Shown one piece after another: positions 19,634-29,525 of a DNA stretch of 64,000 nucleotides. The notes beneath the pieces are model-generated. The model saw only the letters and a program-made list of their open reading frames with translations. It was not told the origin of the DNA and did no database searches. The position numbers were made by a program, and so were the translations under genes. Numbering within the stretch: position 1 is the stretch's first letter; every line of letters begins with the position of its first letter. The DNA is from an uncultured Acidobacteriota bacterium (GTDB lineage Bacteria; Acidobacteriota; Thermoanaerobaculia; UBA5066; Gp7-AA6). The stretch spans positions 14,573 through 78,572 of the forward strand of contig CAWEMP010000013.1 in assembly GCA_963810205.1 (NCBI GenBank). Direction: 5' to 3'.

Positions 19634-20041
19634 TCAGCGGCCGGGCGTGACCTGGTCCATCGCCGCCTTGCGCTCCGCGACGGCCCAGAGTCCCAGGTGG
19701 CTCCGCCAGGCGCCGGCGGAGGCCGGAGCGAGGACGAACTCCAGCTCGTCGCCGCTCGAACGCGTAAAACGGAGGACCTCCTGCCGAAGCAGCCTCCGTC
19801 CGCTCGCGAGCTTGTGTCCCGTAGCGATCTTCTGGATGCGGGAGGTCGGCAGGAGCTCGGTCTCTCCGAAGAGTCCCTGGAACGACACGGCGTCTTCGGT
19901 CAGGCCGAGGATTCCCGGCACGCGCCGGTACGCGCCGGCCACGCGCTCGGCTCGCGTCAGAAGCTTGAAGCCCGCGCCGGGTTCGGCGAGAAGCCTCGCC
20001 GCCAGCCGATCCTGCGCCCGGCGAAGCAGGAGGCGAGGCAT
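19634..20041 (-). CDS. Hypothetical protein, possible bacterial PH/GRAM-like domain
   Basis: 135-aa ORF in a gene-sized gap. Only a weak fold resemblance. Confidence 0.3.
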   Translation of the reverse strand: MPRLLLRRAQDRLAARLLAEPGAGFKLLTRAERVAGAYRRVPGILGLTEDAVSFQGLFGETELLPTSRIQKIATGHKLASGRRLLRQEVLRFTRSSGDELEFVLAPASAGAWRSHLGLWAVAERKAAMDQVTPGR

Positions 20042-20139
20042 CGCGACGAGCAGCGGCGGCCGTCACGACGGCGGCCGCGATCGAGATGGCGAGCGGGCTC
20101 ACGGTGCCAGAGCCGCGGACGCAGGCGCCGACTCCCGCC

Positions 20140-21831
20140 TCATGGGGGACCGATCCCGTAGAGGAGGAGCGAGAAGGTCTTGACCAGGAAAACCGCCATC
20201 TCCCCGCGGTTGCTGGGACGGTCCGGGCAGTAGAGAGCGGGAGACGCCAGGCAACCGCCGGTGATCTGACGGTCGTAAAGCTCTTCGATCCAGTCCGAGA
20301 AGCCGATCCCCGGGGTGCACGGCACGTCGTCGAAGACGCCGGTGCAGTCGGGCGGAGCGTACCCGGAGCCCTCGAAGGTCTTCAGGAGGAGGACGGCCAT
20401 CTGCCCGCGCGTGACCGCGTCGTCCGGGCAGTAATTGTTGCTACCGCAGCCGCCCGTGATGCCGAGCGAGAAGAGCTCCTCGATCGAGGGGTCGTAGGGG
20501 CTGCCCGTGCACGGCACGTCGTCGAATACGTCGCCCGTGCAGGCAGGAGGGGAGTGGCCGGAGCCGAAGCTCGCCTTCAGAAGGAACACCGCCATCTGCG
20601 CGCGCGTGACGGGATTGCCGGGGCAATAGGTGCGGTCGCCGCAGCCTCCCGTGACTGCCGTTGTGGAAGAGGTTCTCGATGAACCGATAGAACGGATGCG
20701 CGCGAGGCGGTGTCGGTGAAACTGTCGCCGAGGTGGAGCGTCCAGGTCTTCAGGCCGCCGTTGCTCAGGATCTCGTCGACGCTGGCGTCCCAGTGCAGCG
20801 CGGGGCGGTTGATCGCGTCGGCGAACACCCGGTAGCAGTCGGAATCGGCGTCGCACGGCTTCGTTTCCGACGGCAGCAGCACACCGTAGTAGGCGGCGCT
20901 GTCGCTCGTCATGTAGAACGGGAAAAACGGGGAAGCCGTCCACGGTCCCGTGAAGTTCGCGATCTGAGCCCGGACCTCCAGGTTGCCGGGGTCGCCGTTG
21001 TTCCACGCCGGCTCGATCCTCACGCTTTCGCCCGGCTCGAAGACGCCGTTGACGTCGGACGTCGCGGGCACGTTCGGCGTGACGTCCACCAGAAGGCCCG
21101 CCGGAGCCAGGGGCGCCGGCTCCGGGTGACAGATCGAAGAGCAGCCGTCACCGTCGGCCGTGTTGTCGTCGTCGCAGCCTTCGAGCCCTTCCAGGGTTCC
21201 GTTGCCGCAGGTGGCCGGCGGCCTCGTCCCGAAGTCGAGCATGTTGTTGGTGGGTTGCGGGCTCGCCGTGATGAAGTCGTTCTCGCCGTCGTCGGTGTCG
21301 TCGCACGCGTCGAGGTTCTCGATGCCCATGCAGATGTCGAGCCGGCGCCGCGCGGCGTAGCCGGGGATCAGGCCGACGTCCCCGTTGTACGGGGTTCCCA
21401 CCCCCGTCGCGCTGCCCGTGTAGTTGCCCCAGGCAAAGCAATCGTCGGGCGTCGAGCCCTCCCAGCAGACCTTTCCTCCTGCCGGCGAGAGGACGGCGGT
21501 CATCGCCAGATCGGCCGTGAGGTTGAAGATCGTCGCGGCGTCCGCCGTCGCGACGAAAATCATCATCTCGTTAGCGGGGTTGTCGACGTCGTCCAGGAAC
21601 GTGAACGTGCCTGTCGGCATGCCGGCGGCGTCGAACGTCAGGACGCTATGACCGTTGACGAGGTTCTGGATCGCCCGAATAGGCCTGGAGGAGGACGTAC
21701 TGCGCGTTCGGGTGAGCGGCACTTCCCGCGAAGATCTCCTTGACTTTGATCTCGTGGAAGGCCGCAGCGGCCGGCTTCGACCCCACGACGACGAGCAAGA
21801 GTCCGAGCGCGAGACGTGTAGTGGATCGCAT
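20140..21831 (-). CDS. Secreted protein with Cys-rich repeat (CGNGTLEGLEGCDDDNTADGDGCSSIC) and three C-terminal SLH domains; 2 frameshifts
   Basis: Signal peptide MRSTTRLALGLLLVVVGSKPAAA at 21831. Body lies in the 20577..25697 frame. The SLH repeats (ITGGCG...YCP...VTRAQMAVFLLK) are in the 20140..21006 frame. Confidence 0.55.
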
Positions 21832-21946
21832 CGCGGCTTCTTCCTTACCGAAGGGCGTTCTGAATCCCATCCTAACGAAAGGGGGCTGCCTGCGCGGGCT
21901 TTTGGCTGAGTCTTAGGGTCGTTCAGGTCCTCCGAGGCGGGCAGCC

Positions 21947-23032
21947 CTAGTGCAGGAACTTCTTCCGGTTGCGGATGTAGTCCGTGAACAGGAACTCCGC
22001 CAGGTTGTACGGCGACGCGTAGTACGCCCGTCCGCGATTGATCTTGGTCAGCTTGTCGACGAACTCGACGAGGTACGTGTCCGTGGCGATCATGAAGGTC
22101 GTGATCGTGATGCCGTCGCGGCGGCAGGCGTCGGCCTCCTCGAGCGTGCGGTTGACGATCTTGAGGTCGAGGCCGAACGGGTTCTTGTAGAGCCGGCCGC
22201 GCTCCCAGATCGCCGAGGGCTTGCCGTCGGTGATCAGGAAGACCTGCTTGTTGGGGTTCTTGCGGTGGACGAGGAGCTTGCGCGCGAGCGCGAGCCCGGC
22301 CTTGGTGTTGGTGTGGAACGGCCCGACCTGCGTCTTCGAGATCTCCGAGATCGGCACGCGCTTCGCGTCGTCGCCGAACAGAAGCACGTCGATCGAATCC
22401 TTGGGGTACTTCGACTGGATGAGCTCGACCATCGCGAGGGCGACCTTCTTCGCCGGCGTGAAGCGGTCCTCGCCGTAGAGGATCATCGAGTGGGAGATGT
22501 CGATCGCGAGCACCGTGGCGCAGGAGGTCAGGTGCTCCTCCTCGTGGACCTCGAAGTCGTCGGCGGTCAGCGCGATGTCGTCGGCGTCGCGGCGCACGGC
22601 GTTGCCGATCGAGCGGATGCCGTCGATCGCGCTGGGGTTGTCGCCGAATTCGTACGCGCGCGTCTCGGGCAGCAGCTCGCCGCCCGACCCCGAGCGCGGG
22701 ACCGCATGGTAGCCGGAGCCCGCCTTGGTCAGGGACGTGAAGATCTCCTCGAGCGCGGAGCGGCGGATGCGCCGCTCGCCGGCCGCCGAAAGGGTGAGCT
22801 GCCCGCCGCGCTCCTCGACCATCTCGCTCTTCTGGAGCTCGTTGCGGAACTCCTCGAGGTCGATGCCCGGGTCGATCATGCCGCGCTCCTGGAGGTACTT
22901 CATCCACCGGAGCGCCTCCTCGACGTCGCCGCCCGACTGCAGCACGAGCTGGAGGAAGAGCTTGACGAGCTCCTGCTGGGTGAGGAGCTCCCGGAGCAGG
23001 TCGAGCGGAAAGTCCGTGTAACGGTAGCGCAC
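21947..23032 (-). CDS. vWA (von Willebrand factor A) domain protein, partner of the upstream AAA+ ATPase
   Basis: 361 aa; VLAIDISHSM MIDAS-like motif. Confidence 0.8.
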   Translation of the reverse strand: MRYRYTDFPLDLLRELLTQQELVKLFLQLVLQSGGDVEEALRWMKYLQERGMIDPGIDLEEFRNELQKSEMVEERGGQLTLSAAGERRIRRSALEEIFTSLTKAGSGYHAVPRSGSGGELLPETRAYEFGDNPSAIDGIRSIGNAVRRDADDIALTADDFEVHEEEHLTSCATVLAIDISHSMILYGEDRFTPAKKVALAMVELIQSKYPKDSIDVLLFGDDAKRVPISEISKTQVGPFHTNTKAGLALARKLLVHRKNPNKQVFLITDGKPSAIWERGRLYKNPFGLDLKIVNRTLEEADACRRDGITITTFMIATDTYLVEFVDKLTKINRGRAYYASPYNLAEFLFTDYIRNRKKFLH

Positions 23033-23037
23033 GGCGT

Positions 23038-23804
23038 CTATCCGCGCCCCAGAGCCGCGCGCCAGGAGGCGGCGGACTGCGCCAGGAGCGATCGGTCGCT
23101 CGTCGTGAAGACCGTGTAGCCGAGCGCGGCCAGCGCGGGAATCTGGTCGACCGTGCGAAGCATGATGCCGGCCGCCTTGCCATGCTCGCGCGCGACGGCG
23201 CCGACGCGCTCGACGGCGGCGCGATAGCGCGGCTCGTCGTAACGGCCGGGGACGCCGAGGGCCTGCGAGAGGTCGTTGGGCCCGACGAAGAGGACGTCGC
23301 AGTCCTTCTCGGCCGCGATCTCGGAGAGCGCGTTGACGGCGCCGGCGGTCTCGATCTGGATGACCACGGCCGTGGAGGCGTTCGCCTCGAGCACCCAGTG
23401 GTCGAAGGGAAGCGTCCCGTAGCGGTTGGCGCGCACTCCCGCGAGGCCGCGTTTCCCGACCGGCGCGTACTTGACGCTCTCGACGGCGGCGCGGACCGCC
23501 GCGATGCCGTCGGCCCTCGGGAAGAGCGTCCCGGCCGCGCCCGAGTCGAGCGCGCGGCCCGCGTCGGCCGAGGCCTGGCAGTTCGGCACCCGGACGATCG
23601 CCGGGATGCGGGCGCCGTCGGCCGCGCGGACCATGGCCTCGACGGACTCCGGGCCGAAGTTGCCGTGCTCGGTGTCGAGAACGAGAAAGTCGAACCTCGG
23701 CAGATCGCCAGCAACTCCGCGAGCCCGGCGGTCGGCCACGTCAGGAAGCAGCCGAGAACGGGCTCCCGCGCGAGGAGGCGCGAGCGCAGCGCGCCCTCCG
23801 CCAT
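23038..23804 (-). CDS. HpcH/HpaI-family aldolase (class II aldolase/citrate-lyase beta-like); N-terminal frameshift
   Basis: 233-aa ORF with the DFLVLDTEHG motif. The N-terminus MAEGALRSRLLAREPVLGCFLTWP is found in another frame, with its ATG 2 nt after the AAA+ gene stop. Confidence 0.65.
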
Positions 23805-23806
23805 CC

Positions 23807-25393
23807 TCAGTTCACCCGGTTCCGGACCAGGTTGAACTTCAGCATCTCGGTGTAGGAGATGCGGGAGTCGAGATCCTCGCGGGCGATTTTCAGGTGCTGG
23901 GTCAGGCCCTCGAGGACGAGCTCCATGCCGATCGCGAGCTCCTCCGTCGAAGCCGGAGAGAAATGCTCCTCGACGGCCTTCTTCAGGCTCGGGACCGACT
24001 GGAGCGCGGCGAGGTGCTCGGAAAACGGCGCGTCGTCGGAGAGGGTGATCCGGTTGCCCGCGGCGAACCAGGCGACGATCGGCTCGTAGAGCGGGTTCAC
24101 CTTCTCGGGCGGCGGCGGGGCCGGGCGGCGCCGCTGCGGCCCGCCGGTCTCCTCGTCCTCCTCCGCCTCCAGGCGGCGCCGCTCCGAGGGCCGGCCGGAG
24201 TCGGGCGGCGGGAACTTGGCGTCGAAGAGCTTCTTGACGGCGGTGCCGATGAGCTTCTTCGCGATGACCTCCGCGCCCTGCTGCTCGCCCTCGTACACCA
24301 TCTCGACTTTTCCGGTGATCGCGGGCAGCGTCGCCGGCAGGTCGCAGAGCCGCGGCGACACCCGCGTCTCGCCGTTGACGAGGCCGCGCCGCTCGAGGTT
24401 CGACGCGAGGATTTCGATCGCGGAGATCGGCATGCGCGCCGAGACGCCCGAGGACTGGTCGACGAACTCGGAGGCGCGCGCGGCGAAGGCGATCTCCTCG
24501 ACGAGCTCGCGGAAGAGGTCGGGGATCTCGATCTTCGGCCCGCCGTCGCGCTCGACCCAGGCCTCCTGCGCCGTGATTTTCGCCGCGGTCTTCACGTCCT
24601 CGGGATAGTGCGTGAAGATCTGCGAGGAGATGCGGTCCTTCAGCGGCGTGATGATGTTGCCGCGGTTGGTGTAGTCCTCCGGGTTCGCCGAGAAGACGAG
24701 CAGGATGTCGAGGGGGATCCGCACCGGGAAGCCTCGGATCTGCAGGTCCCGCTCCTCGAGGATGTTCAAGAGCCCGACCTGGATGCGGGGCTGGAGGTCC
24801 GGCAGCTCGTTGATCGCGAAGATGCCGCGGTTCGTGCGCGGGACGATGCCGAAGTGGATGACCTCCTCGTCCGAGTAGGCGCGCCGCTCGGTGGCGGCCT
24901 TGATCGGGTCGATGTCGCCGATGAGGTCCGCGATCGTCACGTCGGGCGTCGCGAGCTTCTCGCGGTAACGCTCCTCGCGGCCGATCCAGACGATCGGCGT
25001 CGCGTCGCCCTTCTCGGCGGTGATGCGCCTGCCGTACTTGGTGATGGGCGCGAAGGGATCCTCGTTGAGCTCGCTTCCGGCGATCGCCGGGATCTCGGCG
25101 TCGAGCAGGTGGACGAGCAGGCGGAGCAGCCGCGTCTTGGCCTGGCCGCGCAGGCCCAGCAGCAGCATGTCGTGCTTGGAGAGGATCGCGTTGTGGAGCG
25201 CGGGCAGGACCGTGCGCTCGTACCCGTGGATGCCGGCGAAGGGATTCTCGCCCTGGGTCAGCGCGCGGCAGAGGTTGCCGCGGAGCTCTTCCTTGATGCC
25301 TCGCGAAACGTAGCCGGACGACTTCAGATCTCCGAGGGTCTGGGGCTTCTGGGGTCAGGCCTTGATTCTGTACTCCCCGGCCGCCCTGGTCAT
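23807..25393 (-). CDS. AAA+ ATPase of Mg-chelatase ChlI/sigma-54-interaction-like type (Walker A GLRGQAKT); in-frame TGA at codon 13
   Basis: 453-aa ORF. The N-terminal domain upstream (..FAGIHGYERTVLPALHNAILSKHD) is in frame back to ATG 25393, but interrupted by a TGA inside an inverted repeat. Confidence 0.65.
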
Positions 25394-25472
25394 CCGCTCT
25401 TTTGCTCATCTGATTAATCCAACTTTCTGCCAACTTGCGGCTCATGAGTACAGAATCAAGGCCTGACCCCAG
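25344..25472. repeat. Perfect 27-bp inverted repeat (arms about 25344-25370 and 25446-25472) around a 75-nt relatively AT-rich loop holding the RBS and ATG of the AAA+ gene
   Basis: Seen in sequence: cttctggggtcaggccttgattctgtactc ... gagtacagaatcaaggcctgaccccagc. Confidence 0.8.
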
Positions 25473-25506
25473 CTTTCTCCGGCTACCTGCCGGCGTTGCG
25501 GGACTC

Positions 25507-25992
25507 TCAACCCGGTTTGAAGGAGGGGGCCTGGTCGGAGGGCGCAAAGAGCGTCGGGGCGGGCTTGTGGGCGAGGGCGGCCGCCCGGCCGGCGAGCGCC
25601 TGCATGCGCGCCCGGTCGAAACCGACGACCGTCTCGGCGATCTTGCCGTCGGCGCCGACCCGGAAGAGCGTCGGAACGTTCGCCACGCCGAGCGCATCCG
25701 ACGCCGGCCAGGGCTCGCGGTCGTAGAGGGTCTCGAGCCGCGTCTTCAGCCGGGCGCCGAAGGCCTTCGTCTTGGCGGCGTCGTCCTGCGTGATCGCGAC
25801 GACCGAGAATGTCCCGCCCTCGGCGATCTGCCGGATCCTCTCGAGGAACGGCCAGGTCAGCTCGCAGGTCGGGCAGGTCGTCTTGAAGACCGCGTAGAGA
25901 GTCTCGCCGCCGCGCCTGGGATCGGCCGCCGCACCGGACTGGTCGCGCAAAGTGATCTTCGGGAACGGAGCTCCCGGGTCGAGGGCGGCCAC
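25507..25992 (-). CDS. Thioredoxin-fold protein (TlpA/AhpC-TSA-like, CPTC active site)
   Basis: 161 aa with FKTTCPTCELTWPF. Confidence 0.7.
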   Translation of the reverse strand: MAALDPGAPFPKITLRDQSGAAADPRRGGETLYAVFKTTCPTCELTWPFLERIRQIAEGGTFSVVAITQDDAAKTKAFGARLKTRLETLYDREPWPASDALGVANVPTLFRVGADGKIAETVVGFDRARMQALAGRAAALAHKPAPTLFAPSDQAPSFKPG

Positions 25993-26063
25993 GACTCGGG
26001 ATTATAGACTTCGACCCGAGCGCGCCGGCGCTACGTCGAGGTCGGCGGGGAGGACACGCGTCG

Positions 26064-27407
26064 ATGAGTCGGAAGCAGCGCGGCCGGATCTCGCGGCGCG
26101 GGTTCCTGAAGGCGGCCGGGACGGCGATCGCCGCGGGGGCGGTGCCCGCGCTTTCGTGCTCGCCGTCGGAGAAGACCTCGTCGGCGGCCGGCAAGACCCT
26201 CCGCATCCTGCAGTGGAGCCACTTCGTGCCCGGCTACGACGCCTGGTTCGACGGCGTCTACACGAAGGAGTGGGGCGCGAAGCACGGCACTCGGGTCATC
26301 GTCGATCACATGGCCGCGACGGAGATCAACGCGCGCGGCGCCTCCGAGGCCGCGGCGAAGAAGGGGCACGATCTGTTCCTCTTCATCTCGCCCCCGGCCG
26401 CCTACGAGAAGCAGGTCATCGACCACCGGGAGATCGTCGACGAGGTCGAGCGGCGGCACGGCAAGATGATTCCGCTGGCGCAGAAGTCGACGCTCAATCC
26501 GAAGACCGGCAAGTACTTCGCCTTCTCCGATTCCTTCGTGCCGGACCCCGGGAACTACCGCATCGACCTGTGGAGCCAGGTCGGCTATCCCGCGGGACCG
26601 AGCACCTGGGAGGATCTGCGCTCGGGCGGGCGGCAGATCCGAGAGAAGTTCGGCAACCCGGTCGGCCTCGGCCTTTCGCAGGAGATGGACTCGAACATGG
26701 CCCTGCGCGGCGTGCTGTGGTCCTTCGGCGGGGCCGTGCAGGACGAAGAGGGCCGCCCGATTCTCCGGTCGAACGAGACGGTCGAGGCCGTGAAGTTCGT
26801 TCGCGCGCTCTACCAGGAGGCAATGACACCGGAGGTCTTCACCTGGGACCCGGCATCGAACAACCGGATGATGCTCGCGGGACGCGCGTCCTTCGTGTGC
26901 AACGCCATCTCGGTCACGCGGACCGCGGAAAAGGACAATCCGGAGCTCGCCCGGAAGATCGGCCTCGTGCCGGCCCTGCAGGGCCCCGTCCGCCGCATCG
27001 CCGCCGAGCACGTCATGAACTGTTACGTGATCTGGAAGTTCGCCGACAACATCGACGGCGCGAAACAGTTCCTGGTCGACCTCGTCGACCACTTCGCGGA
27101 GGTGTTTTCGAAGAGCGAGTTCTACAACTTCCCGTGCTACCCCACGACCGTTCCGAACATGGCGGAGGTCCTCGCGAAAGACCCCGTGGCCGATCCGCCC
27201 GGCAAGTACTCCGCGCTCTCGGGCGTCCTCGACTGGGCCACGAACGTGGGGTTTCCGGGGTATGCGACGGCGGCGATCGACGAGGTTTTCAACACCTTCG
27301 TCATCCCCACCATGTTCGCCCGAGTCGCGCGCGGCGAGGTCCGGCCGGAGGCCGCGGTCGACGCGGCGCAGCAGGACGTGGAGCGGATTTTCAAGAAGTG
27401 GGCGTAG
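26064..27407 (+). CDS. ABC transporter periplasmic substrate-binding protein (family 1, sugar-type) with Tat signal
   Basis: SRRGFLKAAGTAIAAGA twin-arginine motif. 447 aa. Confidence 0.85.
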   Translation: MSRKQRGRISRRGFLKAAGTAIAAGAVPALSCSPSEKTSSAAGKTLRILQWSHFVPGYDAWFDGVYTKEWGAKHGTRVIVDHMAATEINARGASEAAAKKGHDLFLFISPPAAYEKQVIDHREIVDEVERRHGKMIPLAQKSTLNPKTGKYFAFSDSFVPDPGNYRIDLWSQVGYPAGPSTWEDLRSGGRQIREKFGNPVGLGLSQEMDSNMALRGVLWSFGGAVQDEEGRPILRSNETVEAVKFVRALYQEAMTPEVFTWDPASNNRMMLAGRASFVCNAISVTRTAEKDNPELARKIGLVPALQGPVRRIAAEHVMNCYVIWKFADNIDGAKQFLVDLVDHFAEVFSKSEFYNFPCYPTTVPNMAEVLAKDPVADPPGKYSALSGVLDWATNVGFPGYATAAIDEVFNTFVIPTMFARVARGEVRPEAAVDAAQQDVERIFKKWA

Positions 27408-27413
27408 GGGCGC

Positions 27414-27713
27414 GCGGCGCGCGCTCCCTACGCCCATCCCGAGGGCCGGAGGCCCGAGGGATCCCGGACTCGATTTGCAGTGCCCGCTCAAGCCCGGGAT
27501 CCCTCGGCGCTCCGCGCCTCGGGATGACCCGCGATGGCGTTGCGCGCCGCGGCGCGCGCTCCCTGCGCCCATCCCGAGGTCCGGAGGACCGAGGGATCCC
27601 GGACTTCACTTGCGACCATGCCCGTCAAGCCCGGGATCCCTCGTCGCGATGCTCCTCGGGATGACGGGCTCCTTGCCCTCGGGATGACCCGCGATGGCGC
27701 TGCGCGCTGCGCG
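27414..27713. repeat. Two tandem copies (period ~134 bp) of a hairpin-forming intergenic element with nested inverted repeats (cgagggatcccgg...cccgggatccctcg; catcccgagg...cctcgggatg)
   Basis: Seen in sequence. Further GGGATCC-containing direct repeats follow to about 27870; seven GGGATCC sites in about 450 bp. Confidence 0.75.
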
Positions 27714-28076
27714 GGTCAAAAGAAGGGCGGCCTCGGCGGCCGCCCCGGAAGGATGGGTTGGGCGGGATCCAGCGCCCGCCCGGGACTCTCTGCGCCGCCG
27801 GCGGATGGGATCCATCGCCCACCCGCAAAACCCGCGACCGGGATCCAGCGCCCGGCCGCGAAGAGTTTCCGAAACCTCAGAAGTCGCGAATTCCGCTGCC
27901 CGTTGCGACGAATGCTCGTCCAGGCCGTCGTCGCGGTGTCTCCATGGCTTTACAAGAAATCATCGACTGGCCCTTACAGTCAACAACTAACGCCATTGCA
28001 ATCAGTTAGCCTGTAAACGCTTGCAAAGTATTAATTGTAAATCAGTAGATGCAGTAAAGTCGCGAGAGGTTTCCGC

Positions 28077-29513
28077 ATGGCAGAGAGCAAGTTCGGCCCG
28101 AAAATCCGTGCCTTGCGCCGACGCCACGGCCTCCGCCAGGTCGACCTGGCGGAGAAGCTGGCAATCTCACCGTCCTACCTGAACCTCATCGAGCACGACC
28201 AGCGGGCACTGACCGCGCCCCTGCTCCTGAAGCTCGCCGAGCTCTACCCGCAGGAATTGCAGCGTTTCGCGCCGGACGACCACGCGCGGCTCATCTCCGA
28301 CCTCCACGAGGTCTTCGGCGACACGCTCTTCGAAACCCACGACGTCACCACGACGGACCTGCGCGAGACGGCCTCGAACGAGTCGGTGTCGCGGGCGATC
28401 GTGAAGCTCTACCACGCCTACCGCGACGCGCTCGAGTCGATCCAGGCGGTGGCTTCCAAGGTCTCGGACGGCGGCGACCTCACCGGGATCGACCCGGCGC
28501 GCCTGCCCTCCGAGGAAGTCTCGGACGTCCTGCAGGAGAACCAGAACTACTTTCCGACGCTCGAGGAGGCGGCCGAGCGGCTCGCGGAGGAAGCCGGACT
28601 CGAGAGGCCCGACGCCTACCCGGGTCTCGTGCGCCTCCTGACCCGGGAGGGCATCGCCGTCGAGATCGTGACGCACCCCGGCCCCCGCGCCGCCATGCGA
28701 TCCTACGATCGGGAGGCGAAGCGGCTCTATCTCTCCGAGATCCTGTCGCCGCACGCGCGGAATTTTCAGATCGCGCACCAGATCGGCCTCCTGCGCCTGA
28801 CGGGGGAGTTCGACCGCATCCTCGAGAAATGCCGGCTGACGACACCCGACTCCGTGACCCTCTGCCGGGTCGCTCTCGCCAACTACTTCGCCGCGGCGCT
28901 CCTGATGCCGTACGGCCCGTTTCTCGAAGCCGCCCGGACGTTCCGCTACGACATCGAGCTGCTCGAGCGTCGCTTCGGCGTCAGCTTCGAACAGGTCTGC
29001 CACCGGCTGACGACGATGCGGCGGCCGGGACACGAGGGCGTGCCCTTCCACTTCATCCGCGTCGACATCGCGGGGAACATCTCCAAGCGCTACTCGGCTT
29101 CCGGGATCCGGTTCGCGCGCTTCTCGGGCCTCTGTCCCCGCTGGAACGTCCACAGCGCGTTCATGACGCCCGGAATCGTGCGCACGCAGATCTCGCGCAT
29201 GCCCGACGGGACGACGTACCTCTGCGTCGCCCGCACGGTGCGCCAGAGCATGGGCGGCTTCGGGGCGGCGCACCCGCTCCTGGCGATCTCGCTCGGCTGC
29301 GAGGTCGGCCATGCCCGGCACCTCGTCTACGGGGACAGCGTCGACGTGAACAACGCCAACGCCGCCGTGCCGATCGGGATCACCTGCCGGCTGTGCGAGC
29401 GGATGGACTGCGACCAGCGGGCGTTCCCGCCGATCCACCGGAAGCTCGGCATCGACGAGAACGTCCGCGGGACGTCCTTCTACACGCCGGCCCGGCCCGA
29501 CCGAACCGCATAG
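28077..29513 (+). CDS. XRE-family transcriptional regulator with ImmA/IrrE-like metallopeptidase (DUF955) and DUF2083 domains (ScfR/RamB-like short-chain acyl-CoA regulator family)
   Basis: N-terminal HTH (LRRRHGLRQVDLAEKLAISPSYLNLIEHDQR), conserved middle, Cys-rich C-terminus. Confidence 0.8.
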   Translation: MAESKFGPKIRALRRRHGLRQVDLAEKLAISPSYLNLIEHDQRALTAPLLLKLAELYPQELQRFAPDDHARLISDLHEVFGDTLFETHDVTTTDLRETASNESVSRAIVKLYHAYRDALESIQAVASKVSDGGDLTGIDPARLPSEEVSDVLQENQNYFPTLEEAAERLAEEAGLERPDAYPGLVRLLTREGIAVEIVTHPGPRAAMRSYDREAKRLYLSEILSPHARNFQIAHQIGLLRLTGEFDRILEKCRLTTPDSVTLCRVALANYFAAALLMPYGPFLEAARTFRYDIELLERRFGVSFEQVCHRLTTMRRPGHEGVPFHFIRVDIAGNISKRYSASGIRFARFSGLCPRWNVHSAFMTPGIVRTQISRMPDGTTYLCVARTVRQSMGGFGAAHPLLAISLGCEVGHARHLVYGDSVDVNNANAAVPIGITCRLCERMDCDQRAFPPIHRKLGIDENVRGTSFYTPARPDRTA

Positions 29514-29525
29514 AATCCCGCCCGC

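Noticed and set aside
20577-25697. 1706-aa ORF on the minus strand
   Set aside because: A read-through shadow frame across several real genes (SLH protein, vWA, aldolase, AAA+) that are in other frames. Only short stretches of it are genuine coding frame.
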